A DNA stretch of 61,631 bases, counting the filler, from an uncultured Methanosarcinales archaeon (GTDB lineage: Archaea; Nanobdellota; Nanobdellia; Woesearchaeales; CAZPJY01), in NCBI GenBank assembly GCA_964587045.1. It is 5 parts of 5 records of this genome, joined end to end, with 100 filler letters (N's around TTAATTAATTAA, not from the genome) between each part and the next. Parts side by side here need not be neighbours in the genome. Positions count along the whole stretch, not along the records: positions 1 to 15,652 come from CAZPJY010000035.1; 4 more parts are not named here. One strand, given 5' to 3'. The notes under the pieces were generated by a model that ran no database searches, was not told where the DNA came from, and was given only the letters and a program-made list of their open reading frames with translations. A program made the position numbers and the translations under genes. Below, piece after piece: positions 1-9,810 of the stretch. Position 1 is the first letter of the stretch. Every line of letters starts with the position of its first letter.

Positions 1-84
1 GTCCCCGGAGTGCAGTCCAGAAGGGCGAAACAGTTTATAAAGTTTCTGCAAAAGTATTAATATGCTTATCCCATTAGCTGGACC

Positions 85-381
85 ATGTCGACCAAGAAAC
101 GGGCCCAAATCACGGCAAAAAGGCTTGTTCAGAGTGCAGAGGAGGGCGAGTTCAAGCATTACAACAATATGAAGAGACAGTTTCTCCATGACTACAAGCA
201 TTATATTTCAAAAGAAAGGCTGACTTTGGACGCACAGAGGGTTGAGAAGTTCATCAACTCAGCCGCGATCCTCTGCCATGTGACCCATCACCAATCTGAG
301 GAGCCGAACAGGCGCACCTACGAACGGAAGAAGAGTCATTTCAGGAAGGAAGCTAACCGGGAATACGAAAGCCTTTGGTGA
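85..381 (+). CDS. hypothetical basic protein (98 aa)
   Basis: ORF after TATA-like elements (gaaacagtttataaa ~27-41, aaaagtattaata); ends at the start of xth; no recognisable motif. Confidence 0.5.
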   Translation: MSTKKRAQITAKRLVQSAEEGEFKHYNNMKRQFLHDYKHYISKERLTLDAQRVEKFINSAAILCHVTHHQSEEPNRRTYERKKSHFRKEANREYESLW

Positions 382-386
382 ATGAA

Positions 387-1142
387 ATGCGACTTGTCTC
401 ATGGAACGTCAACGGCATCCGCGCCTGCATAAGGAAAGGCTTCCTCGACTTCGTAGCAGAGGAGAAACCTGACGTGCTGGCACTGCAGGAGACCAAGGTC
501 GACGCAGAAGCCAAGCCAAAAGAGGCTGAAATCGACGGCTACTTCTCCTACTGGTCGCACGCGGAGAAGAAAGGCTACTCAGGTGTCGCAATCTACACCA
601 ATACCGAGCCGCTTGCAGTGATTGAGGGCATAGGTGAAAAGAAATTCGACTCAGAAGGCCGCGTACTCGCTGCAGAGTTCGACAAGTTCTTCCTCGTGAC
701 CGCATATGTCCCAAACGCCCAAAGGGGCCTAGCAAGGCTCGACTTCAGACTGGATTTCGACAGGGAGTTCCTCAAGTTCTGCCAATCCCTGCGCAAGATG
801 AAGCCGGTCGTCATCTGCGGCGACCTCAACGTCGCGCACAAGGAGATCGATCTGAAAAATCCGAAATCTAACGAACACAACGCGGGTTTCACCCAAGAAG
901 AAAGGGGCTCGTTCTCCCACTTCCTGTCGAAAGGCTACATCGACACCTTCCGCCACTTCAACCAAGAGCCCGGACACTACACCTGGTGGAGCTACATGTT
1001 CAACGCCCGCGCAAAAGACATCGGCTGGCGAATCGACTACTTCTTGGTATCAGAAGAACTGAAAAATAAGTTGAAAAAGAGCTTGATCCTAAAGGACATC
1101 ATGGGCTCTGACCACTGCCCTGTCGAGCTGCAGCTCACCTGA
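387..1142 (+). CDS. xth: exodeoxyribonuclease III / class II AP endonuclease
   Basis: SWNVNGIRA, LQETK, GYSGVA, EGRV, YVPN, GDLNVAH, YTWWSY, GWRIDYF, GSDHCP motifs. Confidence 0.96.
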   Translation: MRLVSWNVNGIRACIRKGFLDFVAEEKPDVLALQETKVDAEAKPKEAEIDGYFSYWSHAEKKGYSGVAIYTNTEPLAVIEGIGEKKFDSEGRVLAAEFDKFFLVTAYVPNAQRGLARLDFRLDFDREFLKFCQSLRKMKPVVICGDLNVAHKEIDLKNPKSNEHNAGFTQEERGSFSHFLSKGYIDTFRHFNQEPGHYTWWSYMFNARAKDIGWRIDYFLVSEELKNKLKKSLILKDIMGSDHCPVELQLT

Positions 1143-1265
1143 CTCCCTGCAGTGGATGGGGCCGTCGCATCTAAGATACTCCTCAAAGCCGAACTTCTCG
1201 AGTGATCTCCCCGCCGTGACGTTTCGTTCAGAGACCTTCGAGAGCCGCAGCAGGTAGTTCGTGAT
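1143..1265 (-). pseudogene. remnant of GNAT acetyltransferase C-terminus
   Basis: startless minus-strand frame ITNYLLRLSKVSERNVTAGRSLEKFGFEEY resembles the GNAT N..A...EK.GF motif; in-frame stops just upstream. Confidence 0.35.
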
Positions 1266-1338
1266 TCGCCTTCATCATGACCTACCTCAACGGCAAGTAC
1301 CGAAACTGATTTATACGTGACCCGCCAATTCTTAGGTC

Positions 1339-1950
1339 ATGTCGCTCAAAGGTTTCATAAAGAGCATGATAGGACTCGCCATCGTGAGCCTCGTGTTCTA
1401 CCTCCTCTTCGTACTGTTCAAGGAGCAGGTGATCGACTACCTGACCCAGTACCCGACCATGCTCGCGTTGTACGAGCACATGGAATACAACATAACGGAA
1501 AACACCCTGCTGGGGCTGTTCTACATCTCGTTCCTCGGCGCCCTGTTCTTCGTCTCGATACCTGTCGAGTTCGTAGCAGTGTTCTATTTCACGCTGGACT
1601 ACAACCCCCTGCTGATAATAGCGGTCGTGACCTTGGGCAACACCCTGGGCCAGGTATTCGACTACGGAGTCGGGGCGATCGCAGGCGTATTCGGAAAAAG
1701 ATACTTCGAGCACAAGATGGGTGACTTCTCCCACCACCTCCACAAGTATGGGGGGTGGATGATATTCTTCGGAAACCTCGTGCCTTTCCCCATCGAGCTG
1801 ATAAGCATAGCTTTGGGTGCGATCCACTACAATCTTGGTAGGTTCACCCTGTTCACGTTCCTGGGCAAGCTGGGCAAGTTCATGGGCATATACTTCTTCC
1901 AGGACTACATAACGAACAACGTCATACCCTGGATTACCAACCTCTTCTAG
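1339..1950 (+). CDS. DedA/VTT (YqaA-like) membrane protein
   Basis: multi-TM; GNTLGQVFDYGVG, PFPIELISIALG, FTFLGKLGKF pattern. Confidence 0.8.
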   Translation: MSLKGFIKSMIGLAIVSLVFYLLFVLFKEQVIDYLTQYPTMLALYEHMEYNITENTLLGLFYISFLGALFFVSIPVEFVAVFYFTLDYNPLLIIAVVTLGNTLGQVFDYGVGAIAGVFGKRYFEHKMGDFSHHLHKYGGWMIFFGNLVPFPIELISIALGAIHYNLGRFTLFTFLGKLGKFMGIYFFQDYITNNVIPWITNLF

Positions 1951-2312
1951 AAGCGTTCGATAGAAAGCTGGTCGCCGATCTTGGTCTGCGTGCTCCCGCA
2001 CGTCCCCGCTGGCATCTCGACCATGAAGCGGGCCTTGTGGTACGGAGCGACGTAGGGGTTGAACGGCAGTATGTGCTCAACCTTGTCCAGCACCCTCATC
2101 TGCTCGTCGAGCCAAAGGCAGTCGATAGAATGGAAGACGAAGAGCATGTGTATCGGTGCCCACGAGTTCCTGCCGAAGTCGAAGATAAGCGCGTGGTTGG
2201 GCTTCTTCTTGGCGAACATGAGCCCCTTGGCTCGCTTCAGGTGGCTGTCAGCCACGTCGATCTTGGTCGCGAGCAGCCTGTCGCGGGTCTTGTTCTTGAG
2301 CACGTGCTTCAT
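1947..2312 (-). CDS. DUF192 family protein
   Basis: ADSHLKRAKGLMF, IHMLFVFHSIDCLWLD, MVEMPAG. Confidence 0.88.
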   Translation of the reverse strand: MKHVLKNKTRDRLLATKIDVADSHLKRAKGLMFAKKKPNHALIFDFGRNSWAPIHMLFVFHSIDCLWLDEQMRVLDKVEHILPFNPYVAPYHKARFMVEMPAGTCGSTQTKIGDQLSIERF

Positions 2313-2349
2313 GGTATCGCCTGTAGTCCCTTTAATTATTTTAACCTTT

Positions 2350-3285
2350 CTATCCCGGAATCACCAGTCCTGACGCGTTGTAGACGTCCAGGTGAGCGGC
2401 GTCCAGCCTGAAGGTGGAAGGCATGTTGTCGATCCTCGAGCTCGGGGGGTCGTCTGGCGACCAGTATATGTAGTCGACGGCGGTCTTGTTGTACTTCATG
2501 GTCGGGCTGAATATCTTCGTCACGTCGACCAGGCTCTCGATTCCCATAAGAGAGGAATTGAAGTTACCCCCATACCTCATCAGGAAGCTCGGTCCTTTGG
2601 GTGACTCGATGTAGTAGGACTCGTCGAGGAGCAGGGAAAGGTTGGTGGTGTCGTTGGTCGCGAGGTCCACGAACTGGAAGTAGGGGCTCTCCCTGATGGT
2701 GTTGATGAACGTTCCGTTGCTCTCGACTGTGTAGATGGGGTCCTCGAACTCGAGAATCTCGATGCTCGTGGTAGCGGTTTGGCCGTACTCCCACTTCGCC
2801 AGCGCCTTTTGGTCATAGAGTGAGACATCCGTTTCGAGGCTTATGTCGACGGTCCACGGCGACAGCTGTGATATGTGCACGGAGTTGACATTTACGATGA
2901 GGTCCATGTCGAGAGCGTCGGTCTCCTGCTGCACCCTCGCAACCCAGTTGTTGAACCCTGAGGCCTTCGTGACGTTGAAGATGCTTCCGTTGAGCGTCTC
3001 GTTCAGCATCAGCTCCTTGAAGGCCGCATCCACGTCGGGCAGGTAATGGCCCTCTGAGGCTATGTACTGGCTCATGCCCAGCAGGGCGCGGAACGATGCG
3101 ATGTAGAGCGCCCGGTCCATGTCCCTTGACAGGTCCTCGATGAATCTGTCCATGCCTGTGATCCTCGTCTCTATTATGAAGGAGCGGTCCCTGAGGTAGT
3201 ACTTCTTGGGGAATGAGATGGTGATCAGGACCACCAAGACCAGCAGTATTATGATAAGGGTGAAGAACATACCCCTCTTATTCAT
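2350..3285 (-). CDS. type IV pilus-associated protein with class III-like signal peptide
   Basis: start MNKRG|MFFTLIIILLVLVVL; translationally coupled within the pilin operon. Confidence 0.7.
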   Translation of the reverse strand: MNKRGMFFTLIIILLVLVVLITISFPKKYYLRDRSFIIETRITGMDRFIEDLSRDMDRALYIASFRALLGMSQYIASEGHYLPDVDAAFKELMLNETLNGSIFNVTKASGFNNWVARVQQETDALDMDLIVNVNSVHISQLSPWTVDISLETDVSLYDQKALAKWEYGQTATTSIEILEFEDPIYTVESNGTFINTIRESPYFQFVDLATNDTTNLSLLLDESYYIESPKGPSFLMRYGGNFNSSLMGIESLVDVTKIFSPTMKYNKTAVDYIYWSPDDPPSSRIDNMPSTFRLDAAHLDVYNASGLVIPG

Positions 3286-6200
3286 TGCCACACCCTCACC
3301 TCCGCAATCGACGGCCCCCACATGTAGGGGACCTTCGGCACCCAGAAGGCCTCGATTTGCAGGTTATTCTCGTTCAGCTTGACCTGCAGCCTGCCGTCCT
3401 TGTCGAAGTCCAGCTGAGAGAGGAGCTGGTAAACGGAATTGTCAATCGTGTCGTTGTGGTCGTATGTCACGTTGTCAGATGTGAAGAAGCAGCGCTTGCT
3501 TCCGTTGTAGGTGCTCTCCACCAGGAAGGTGGAAAATGACAGGTCCTCGTACTCGACAGTCCACTTGCATCCGTCGGCGTACTCGAGCACCGGGCTGTAG
3601 ACCTCGTCAGGACGGAACATGCCTGTGTAGATGAGACTGTTGTCCTCGGAGCACCCTGTCGAGTTGGCCGGACCATCGCCTGTCGAGATGGTGAAATAGT
3701 TGTTGCCCCCCACAATGTAGCCCGCCGGCACCTGGACGATGAACGGGTCCCCCAGTGGCTCGTATGTAGAGGAATAGTCGCTGAGGTTGTAGACTACCTG
3801 CCCGTTGGACCCCACAAGGCTGGTCCAGTGCTCGCCTGAATAGGAAGTGACCTTTGCGTCCACTATCCTGAGCTGGCTGGGTATGGGCACAATTGGCGAG
3901 CAGTTCACGAAGGGCTCGGTGTAGTACGTGAAAGGGACCTCCCCGTACTGCATGGGTGCGATGATTGGGGTGTAGTTTAGCTCAATGTAAGAGTCGGGGA
4001 ACAGCTCGGATGGGGGAAGCTCACCTATTATGTTGACGGTCTGCGACCTGATCGTGCCGAATGCCGTCGTCATGTTCTGTGCGATGGTCTGGTAGATCTC
4101 GGCCAGGCCAGAGACGTTGTTGCTCGTGTAGAAGTTCTCGCATGAGTCGCAGCATGCACTCAGGTTGAGGATGTCTGCCGCCGCAGCCCCCGCGTTTCCG
4201 AATGCGACGGCGTAGATGCTTATGTTGTATTCGGCATGCGCCCAGCAGGAGAGGTTTATGGCCTGCTCTCCGGCGGCGCCGATGCCCGGGATGTTATCGC
4301 AGGGGACCGTCAGCTGGCCGGATGAGTCCATGCAGCAGGAGGTCCCACCGCAGTCGTTGCAGCTGCTGTCGGACACGCACCTGTTCGCGTCACCGTCGCT
4401 CATGATAAGCATTGCCTTCTTCCTGGGAGGATTGGCGATGAGTGAGAGGTCGAAGCCTGCTGAGACGCTGTCGGCGTTTGCGAGCTTCACCGCGATGATG
4501 TTGTCTCCTGCCTGGAACAGTCCAAGATCCTGCATCTCCGTTATGACCAGGTCGTCGATATAGGCGCCCTCGTTCCTCGGGTACACCCCGTCGCTTATCC
4601 ATGTGAACCTTACCCTGAACTCGTCTGATATGAAGTTGTTCAGGTCGTAGGTGAGCCTGGTCCATGTGGGATAGTCCCTTATCAGGTCGTCTATCTGGGT
4701 CCATCCCATCCCTCCGTCGGTGCTGACGAACACCTGCAGGTAGTCCCCGCTCGCCCCGTTCACCCACACCCAAAACGACAGCTCAGGGCTCGCCAGGTCG
4801 CTTATGTTGTATTCTGGGCTGTCGAGGGTCCAGACAGCGTTGTGCTCGTAATCCCCATTGAGGTCAGTTCCCCAGCACTCGGTGCCTGCAGGGGTGTGGT
4901 CCTGTGACGGGCCGTTGGCCGGAACCCCAAGCTCCCATTCCTCCCCCGCGCCACCATCCGTCCATCCGTTGGTGCCGGACTCGAAGTCTTCTGTTATCAT
5001 GGGTACGCGGTAGAGGTCCACTTCCCTGTTCCAGTACTCGCCTGCATGCTGGACAGGGTCTGAATCCACCAGCACACCGTTGAGGTACACGTCGGCGGAG
5101 TCGTCCGAGTACACCAGGACCACCGGGTCTTTTATGGTGGAGAGGTCGCTGACCGTGAACTTCTTCCTGAAGTAGAAGTCACCGCTGACGTTCTTGATTT
5201 CAAGCATGACGTTGTCGAACCTGCACCATCCGTCCTCGTTGTTCCTGTTCTTGAAGAGCTTGCATCCGAAATCCAGGTAGTAAGTGCCCTGGTTTGATAT
5301 CAGGGCTGACACGTCCTGGGTGAACGTTCCCGAGAAATCGTTGTTTGGGTTGTCTGCGGACGCGATCTCAAGAGTGGAATCCCCGTCGACAGCTGAAAGC
5401 TCCGAGCCCAAGAAGGTGGTCTGCGTTGCGTTGTGCAGCCGGGACTTCACCCAGACCTCATCTGACGATTCGAAGTCGCCGCCGTTGTCGTCCCACTCGT
5501 AGTGGAAGGATAGCGTGCCTGTCCCGCCGCTGGATATCATGGCTGCCATGTCCGGCGTTATCTCGAACTGCACACCGTACGCGCCGGAGATGTCATCATC
5601 GTTCGATGTCGAGTCCATGTACATCTCCAGCTCCCCTCCGCTTACTCCGTTGAATGACGTCCATCCGCCGTTGTAGTCATAGGTGTCCTCCTGCCAGTCC
5701 CAGCCGTCATCTCCAGCTCCTAGGCCGAAGGTGTTCCAGCTCGAGTTCATCCCGGAGGTGAAATCAACCTCTGGTGTTGTCCTATCTGCCTGGAGCTCCC
5801 AAAGGTCAGCAACCCCCCCATGTATCACTGTATCGGCTCCGCTCCCGAAACCCAGGATCGCGTAACCCTGTTCCCATGAGCTGTCGTCGTATGAGAAGTT
5901 GGTCCACGGCCTGCCCATCCCGTCGTTCGGAGGAGGAGAGCTCTGGAAATCAGAGGAGTAGGTCCACTCGCTCTTTTCGCTTATCAGCGCGATTGAGGTG
6001 TCGTTTAGCAGCTGCACCGCCTCGTAGATCCCGCACGCTATGCATGTGGAGCCGCAGTTCTGCCCGTCTGCCGGGCCATAGGTCCCAATCTCGCCCGCTA
6101 AGGTCGATACGTTGTCGGTGAGATCCATGCTCGAGCAAACCGAGTTCCCAAATCCGACCAGCCCGACCCTGTTGCCTTCGATCCCCTCCACCATGCTGCG

Positions 6201-7532
6201 CGTGAAGTTCTCGTCGACGAACTGCGCGACTGCGATTCTCTCGGCCAGTCCTGGGCTGCAGTCAGGCACGAGGCCGTCGCTGTTGTCGACGTCGCAGGCC
6301 CCAAACATCGGCCAGTACATGCTTCCTGACCTGTCGGTTATGAGTACCGCGTCGCCGATGCCCTTCCCCCTGATGGCCTGCTGGAAGTATGACAGGTTCG
6401 AGAACCCGAGTCGGATCGGCACGGTCCTGTTGGAGAGGAAGCCGTAGTTTAGCATTGAGGATAGGGTTGCGTCCTCCACATACACGGACTGTTCTGTGGT
6501 CGAGTTGTAATCGGTAAAGACTGTCCTGTTACCGATGGTCAGGTAGAGGGTCGTGTTGCTCTCGTTGGTGCGCGGAGCGTTGTAGTGCAGGTAAGCTCTC
6601 ATCGACTGGAGAGATCCAGGAACGAAGAAGGATGAGAACTGGTTTATCACTCCCCTTATGCCTGGGAACATGAAGAAATCGTTGCCGGTGTTCAGGTCCG
6701 AGATGCTGGTGTTCGTCTTGTAGTCGACCCTCAGATACCCGCCCCCTATGTAAGACTCATTCAGCAGCCCGAGGAAAATAATAGTTATGTTGGTGTCTCC
6801 TCCCTTCAAGATCGATGCGTTGCAAGAGGATATATCCCACGTGTCTGCGTTCATGTCATCCGTCGTCGGAGCGTAGGTCCCGCCGCACTGCGTACCGTTC
6901 AGGTAGAGCGTGAAGTTCGAGGCGATGTCCGCCTCCAAGAGCACTGAGGTGACGACCGCGTCTGCAGGAACCCCTGAGAGGATCTTGGTCAGGTTGCCTT
7001 GGCCTACGAATCCCCCGAAGTACGCGAACGCTGCGGTCAGACGCTCCTTGACCCCTACAAGGTAGGCCCTGGATGTCGCTCCCCGGACAGGCTTGCCCTT
7101 CTCGATGCCCGATATCATGCGGCGCGACGATACCAGGCTTCCTGTCAGGTTGGTTGCCCGCTCATACAAAAGGTCGTTCTCGATATAAATGCCGAACCCG
7201 AATCCCTTCGGCACCAGTTCCTCTGTCACGTTCCCCGCCAGCTTTTCCGCAAGGGAGGTCTGGTTCTTGGCCCAGAACTCACCTATCTGCTCGATGAGGG
7301 TGCTGTTTGGGTTGACTATGCTGCCGTTTGTTATCAGCTCTTCTATGAATGTGTTGTTTATCTCGCTTACCCTGATATTGGACATGATGGTGACGAGGTC
7401 GTAGGTGAGGTAGTCGATCTGGGAGCTTTGCCTCTCGGAGGTGTACATCGTTGATATGCCGACTATGGCGATGATTAGTATGGTGATGCTTAACAAAGCA
7501 TCCAGGCTGAAATAGAATCCCCTCACTCCCAT
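3282..7532 (-). CDS. giant pilus-associated adhesin (split VWA domain with inserted beta-sandwich domains)
   Basis: RG|FYFSLDALLSITILIIA N-terminus; VWA MIDAS DRSGS and later MLIMSDG / IYAVAFG; many N-glycosylation sequons and Cys pairs. Confidence 0.8.
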   Translation of the reverse strand: MGVRGFYFSLDALLSITILIIAIVGISTMYTSERQSSQIDYLTYDLVTIMSNIRVSEINNTFIEELITNGSIVNPNSTLIEQIGEFWAKNQTSLAEKLAGNVTEELVPKGFGFGIYIENDLLYERATNLTGSLVSSRRMISGIEKGKPVRGATSRAYLVGVKERLTAAFAYFGGFVGQGNLTKILSGVPADAVVTSVLLEADIASNFTLYLNGTQCGGTYAPTTDDMNADTWDISSCNASILKGGDTNITIIFLGLLNESYIGGGYLRVDYKTNTSISDLNTGNDFFMFPGIRGVINQFSSFFVPGSLQSMRAYLHYNAPRTNESNTTLYLTIGNRTVFTDYNSTTEQSVYVEDATLSSMLNYGFLSNRTVPIRLGFSNLSYFQQAIRGKGIGDAVLITDRSGSMYWPMFGACDVDNSDGLVPDCSPGLAERIAVAQFVDENFTRSMVEGIEGNRVGLVGFGNSVCSSMDLTDNVSTLAGEIGTYGPADGQNCGSTCIACGIYEAVQLLNDTSIALISEKSEWTYSSDFQSSPPPNDGMGRPWTNFSYDDSSWEQGYAILGFGSGADTVIHGGVADLWELQADRTTPEVDFTSGMNSSWNTFGLGAGDDGWDWQEDTYDYNGGWTSFNGVSGGELEMYMDSTSNDDDISGAYGVQFEITPDMAAMISSGGTGTLSFHYEWDDNGGDFESSDEVWVKSRLHNATQTTFLGSELSAVDGDSTLEIASADNPNNDFSGTFTQDVSALISNQGTYYLDFGCKLFKNRNNEDGWCRFDNVMLEIKNVSGDFYFRKKFTVSDLSTIKDPVVLVYSDDSADVYLNGVLVDSDPVQHAGEYWNREVDLYRVPMITEDFESGTNGWTDGGAGEEWELGVPANGPSQDHTPAGTECWGTDLNGDYEHNAVWTLDSPEYNISDLASPELSFWVWVNGASGDYLQVFVSTDGGMGWTQIDDLIRDYPTWTRLTYDLNNFISDEFRVRFTWISDGVYPRNEGAYIDDLVITEMQDLGLFQAGDNIIAVKLANADSVSAGFDLSLIANPPRKKAMLIMSDGDANRCVSDSSCNDCGGTSCCMDSSGQLTVPCDNIPGIGAAGEQAINLSCWAHAEYNISIYAVAFGNAGAAAADILNLSACCDSCENFYTSNNVSGLAEIYQTIAQNMTTAFGTIRSQTVNIIGELPPSELFPDSYIELNYTPIIAPMQYGEVPFTYYTEPFVNCSPIVPIPSQLRIVDAKVTSYSGEHWTSLVGSNGQVVYNLSDYSSTYEPLGDPFIVQVPAGYIVGGNNYFTISTGDGPANSTGCSEDNSLIYTGMFRPDEVYSPVLEYADGCKWTVEYEDLSFSTFLVESTYNGSKRCFFTSDNVTYDHNDTIDNSVYQLLSQLDFDKDGRLQVKLNENNLQIEAFWVPKVPYMWGPSIAEVRVWQ

Positions 7533-8059
7533 ATATACACCACCATCTTTGCTATGTCCACAAGGTCGCTTGTTTTCGGGTAGTACACGAATCGGGAGAA
7601 CGTGACAAATGTTTTGGGGTCCTCGATGTCGAAGACGTTGGTAGAGTTGATTCCGGGCATGCCCCAGTACTGGTGGCCGGAAAGGTTTAGGATGTTGTCG
7701 TTTTTGTCAGTGAAGAATATGAGGTACTCATAGTTGGTCTCGAAGAGGTTTCGTGTGTGGTCGTAGTCGGTAGATGTCAGGTTGTAGAAGTATTGGAGCT
7801 TTGTGAGGTTCAGGAAGTTGGTCGAGTCGCAGACACCTATCCTGTCGACATCTGCAGGGGTCCAGTTGACTGGCACTCCGCTGCCCAGGAGGGAGTTGGT
7901 TAGGATCTTAGCGTCCATTATTGAGGCCTCCATGCTCTGGTCGGTCGAGGTCTCCATGTTGGTGATGAAATGGAAATAGGTGATTATGGCGGCGATGAAT
8001 ATGATTATCGCGATCCCGAAATCCAGCGCAAATGCCTGAGCTTTCCTGATAACCATCAC
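7523..8059 (-). CDS. pilin-like protein, class III signal peptide
   Basis: RKA|QAFALDFGIAIIIFIAAII. Confidence 0.75.
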   Translation of the reverse strand: MMVIRKAQAFALDFGIAIIIFIAAIITYFHFITNMETSTDQSMEASIMDAKILTNSLLGSGVPVNWTPADVDRIGVCDSTNFLNLTKLQYFYNLTSTDYDHTRNLFETNYEYLIFFTDKNDNILNLSGHQYWGMPGINSTNVFDIEDPKTFVTFSRFVYYPKTSDLVDIAKMVVYIWE

Positions 8060-9810
8060 CTCTCGAACTTGACGTACACGTTGTCTATGGCGATCACCAT
8101 ATACTCGTTGAAGACCGAATAGTCTGATACCTTGCCCCCGATGTCTAGATAGTAGATCCCTGGGCCGTTGAATGTCGATGTGATACCGAACGCCGCACTG
8201 CCGTTTGCCGATGCTCCATTAGGTGCGAGAGCGTAGTGCACGTCCGCGGTAGAATCGGTTACGGCATCGATGTAGTCATCGTCTGTCGCGTTGGCGTCGC
8301 CGTCCATGTTGGTCCCGAGGTAGTAGGCGCCGCTTGCGTTGTGGATGCGCGCCTTGACCCAGACCGCCTCGACAGGATGCTCGAGCCCTTGCGGGTCCAG
8401 CACCCACCAGTCAAACCCTGCTGTGGCGTTCCCTCCCAGGACTAAGATGGTCCACATCGCAGGGGTAACCTCGAACTGGATGCCGACGGCTCCGCTTATC
8501 ATGTCGTTGTCTGCGCCGGTATCCGGATCCAGCCACTCGTGCCCTGCGACCTCAATTTCGATCCTAGTTGTGGTCCCTCCCTCATTCACCAGGCGCCTGT
8601 CCACTCCTCCTGCGGATTCGGTCGCGTTGGGGTTGAAGCGTACCAGTTCAGCTATGTTGGCCCCCCCGAAGTAAACCGTGCCGTTGTCATAGGTATGGTA
8701 CCCAGTGTCCCAGCCGTCATCTCCAGCTCCTAGGCCGAAGGTGTTTGCGCTCGAGTTCATCCCCGATGTGAAGTCCACCGGCTCAGGCAGGTCTGCTGCC
8801 ATGTCCCAGAGGTCTGCGTAAAGCAGCGACGGCGCTACTGTAGCAGCTGAGTCGTTGACCCATTCGTTGTTGGTGTTGTCCCTGATGTCCCATGTCCTCA
8901 CCAAGATTTCGTAAGAGGTCTCGAACGCAAGGCCTGTCACGTTGATGTAGGGGTCTGATGTGTTTGCGTAAGGTGTGCCGTTCACTAAGACCTCAGAGAA
9001 GTCGAAATCTGCGTCGGCAGGGTTGGCCCATACCCACATTATCGATGATTCAGTCACGTTGGCTTCGTGGAGGTTGCTGACCGAGGCCGGGGGGTAGGTG
9101 TCCAGCTCTGTCGTGAAAGTCCATTCGTACCTGCTACTCAGATAATTGCCTGCCAGGTCGTAGCTGGTGTTGTCGACCCTTGCTGTGTATGTGGTGTTGT
9201 AGTCAATCGAATCAGGCGTGAAGAGCGCATCGAAATAGACGTCGCTGTAATTGGCGGCTCCCGAGAGCCCAAGCACAGTGAATGACGACTCCACGCTGGT
9301 GGCGTTCATGTTCTCTGAGAAGTATGCCCTGATTTCTGCTGGCACTGGCACATTCGTCGCTCCGTCGGCAGGCTTAGTGCTCTTCACGTACGGGGCGGCC
9401 GTGTCGAAGAATATGCATCCTTCGTTGAGGCAGACAATCGCGGCCTCACGCATGATGAGGTTGGTCCCCATCTTAAGGCTGCCCTGGACAGGCGGGATGG
9501 ATGTGGAATACTCATGACGTTGGGTCGAGATAACCAGCTGGTTGTTGATTATGGTCATGTTGAATGGGATGCCGTCCAAATCCAAGGGCACGGCAAAAGT
9601 CCGCTCATACCCTGTGTGGACCCTAGCGGACAGGTCCAGCTCGTTGGTGATGCTGTAGCTGAGGTCCTTGATCATCTGGAACTCGTGCTCTGAGGTGACG
9701 TCCTTTATCTGGGTGGATGCGATGGAGCCAAAGATTATCATCATGAGAGCTGCCAACGCCATCAGTGCTATGAATTCTATCGAGATTTGCGCCTTCAATT
9801 TTCCCCTCAC
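8056..9810 (-). CDS. pilin-like adhesin with Ig-like (Big_5-type), FN3 and C-terminal beta-sandwich domains
   Basis: KLKA|QISIEF class III signal; APYVKSTKPADGATNVP...FSENMN...DLAGN...WTFTT (Big_5-like); PPASVSNL...SIMWVWANP (FN3). Confidence 0.8.
   Translation of the reverse strand: MRGKLKAQISIEFIALMALAALMMIIFGSIASTQIKDVTSEHEFQMIKDLSYSITNELDLSARVHTGYERTFAVPLDLDGIPFNMTIINNQLVISTQRHEYSTSIPPVQGSLKMGTNLIMREAAIVCLNEGCIFFDTAAPYVKSTKPADGATNVPVPAEIRAYFSENMNATSVESSFTVLGLSGAANYSDVYFDALFTPDSIDYNTTYTARVDNTSYDLAGNYLSSRYEWTFTTELDTYPPASVSNLHEANVTESSIMWVWANPADADFDFSEVLVNGTPYANTSDPYINVTGLAFETSYEILVRTWDIRDNTNNEWVNDSAATVAPSLLYADLWDMAADLPEPVDFTSGMNSSANTFGLGAGDDGWDTGYHTYDNGTVYFGGANIAELVRFNPNATESAGGVDRRLVNEGGTTTRIEIEVAGHEWLDPDTGADNDMISGAVGIQFEVTPAMWTILVLGGNATAGFDWWVLDPQGLEHPVEAVWVKARIHNASGAYYLGTNMDGDANATDDDYIDAVTDSTADVHYALAPNGASANGSAAFGITSTFNGPGIYYLDIGGKVSDYSVFNEYMVIAIDNVYVKFER

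Noticed and set aside
4430..6000. Intein splitting the VWA domain
   Set aside because: No C/S-start or HN-C/S/T splice motifs and no LAGLIDADG; the insert looks like extracellular beta domains
5697..8763. Shared tract as a DGR template/variable repeat pair
   Set aside because: Both copies are mid-gene coding, mismatches are not adenine-specific (TGG vs GCA), and no reverse transcriptase is in the window
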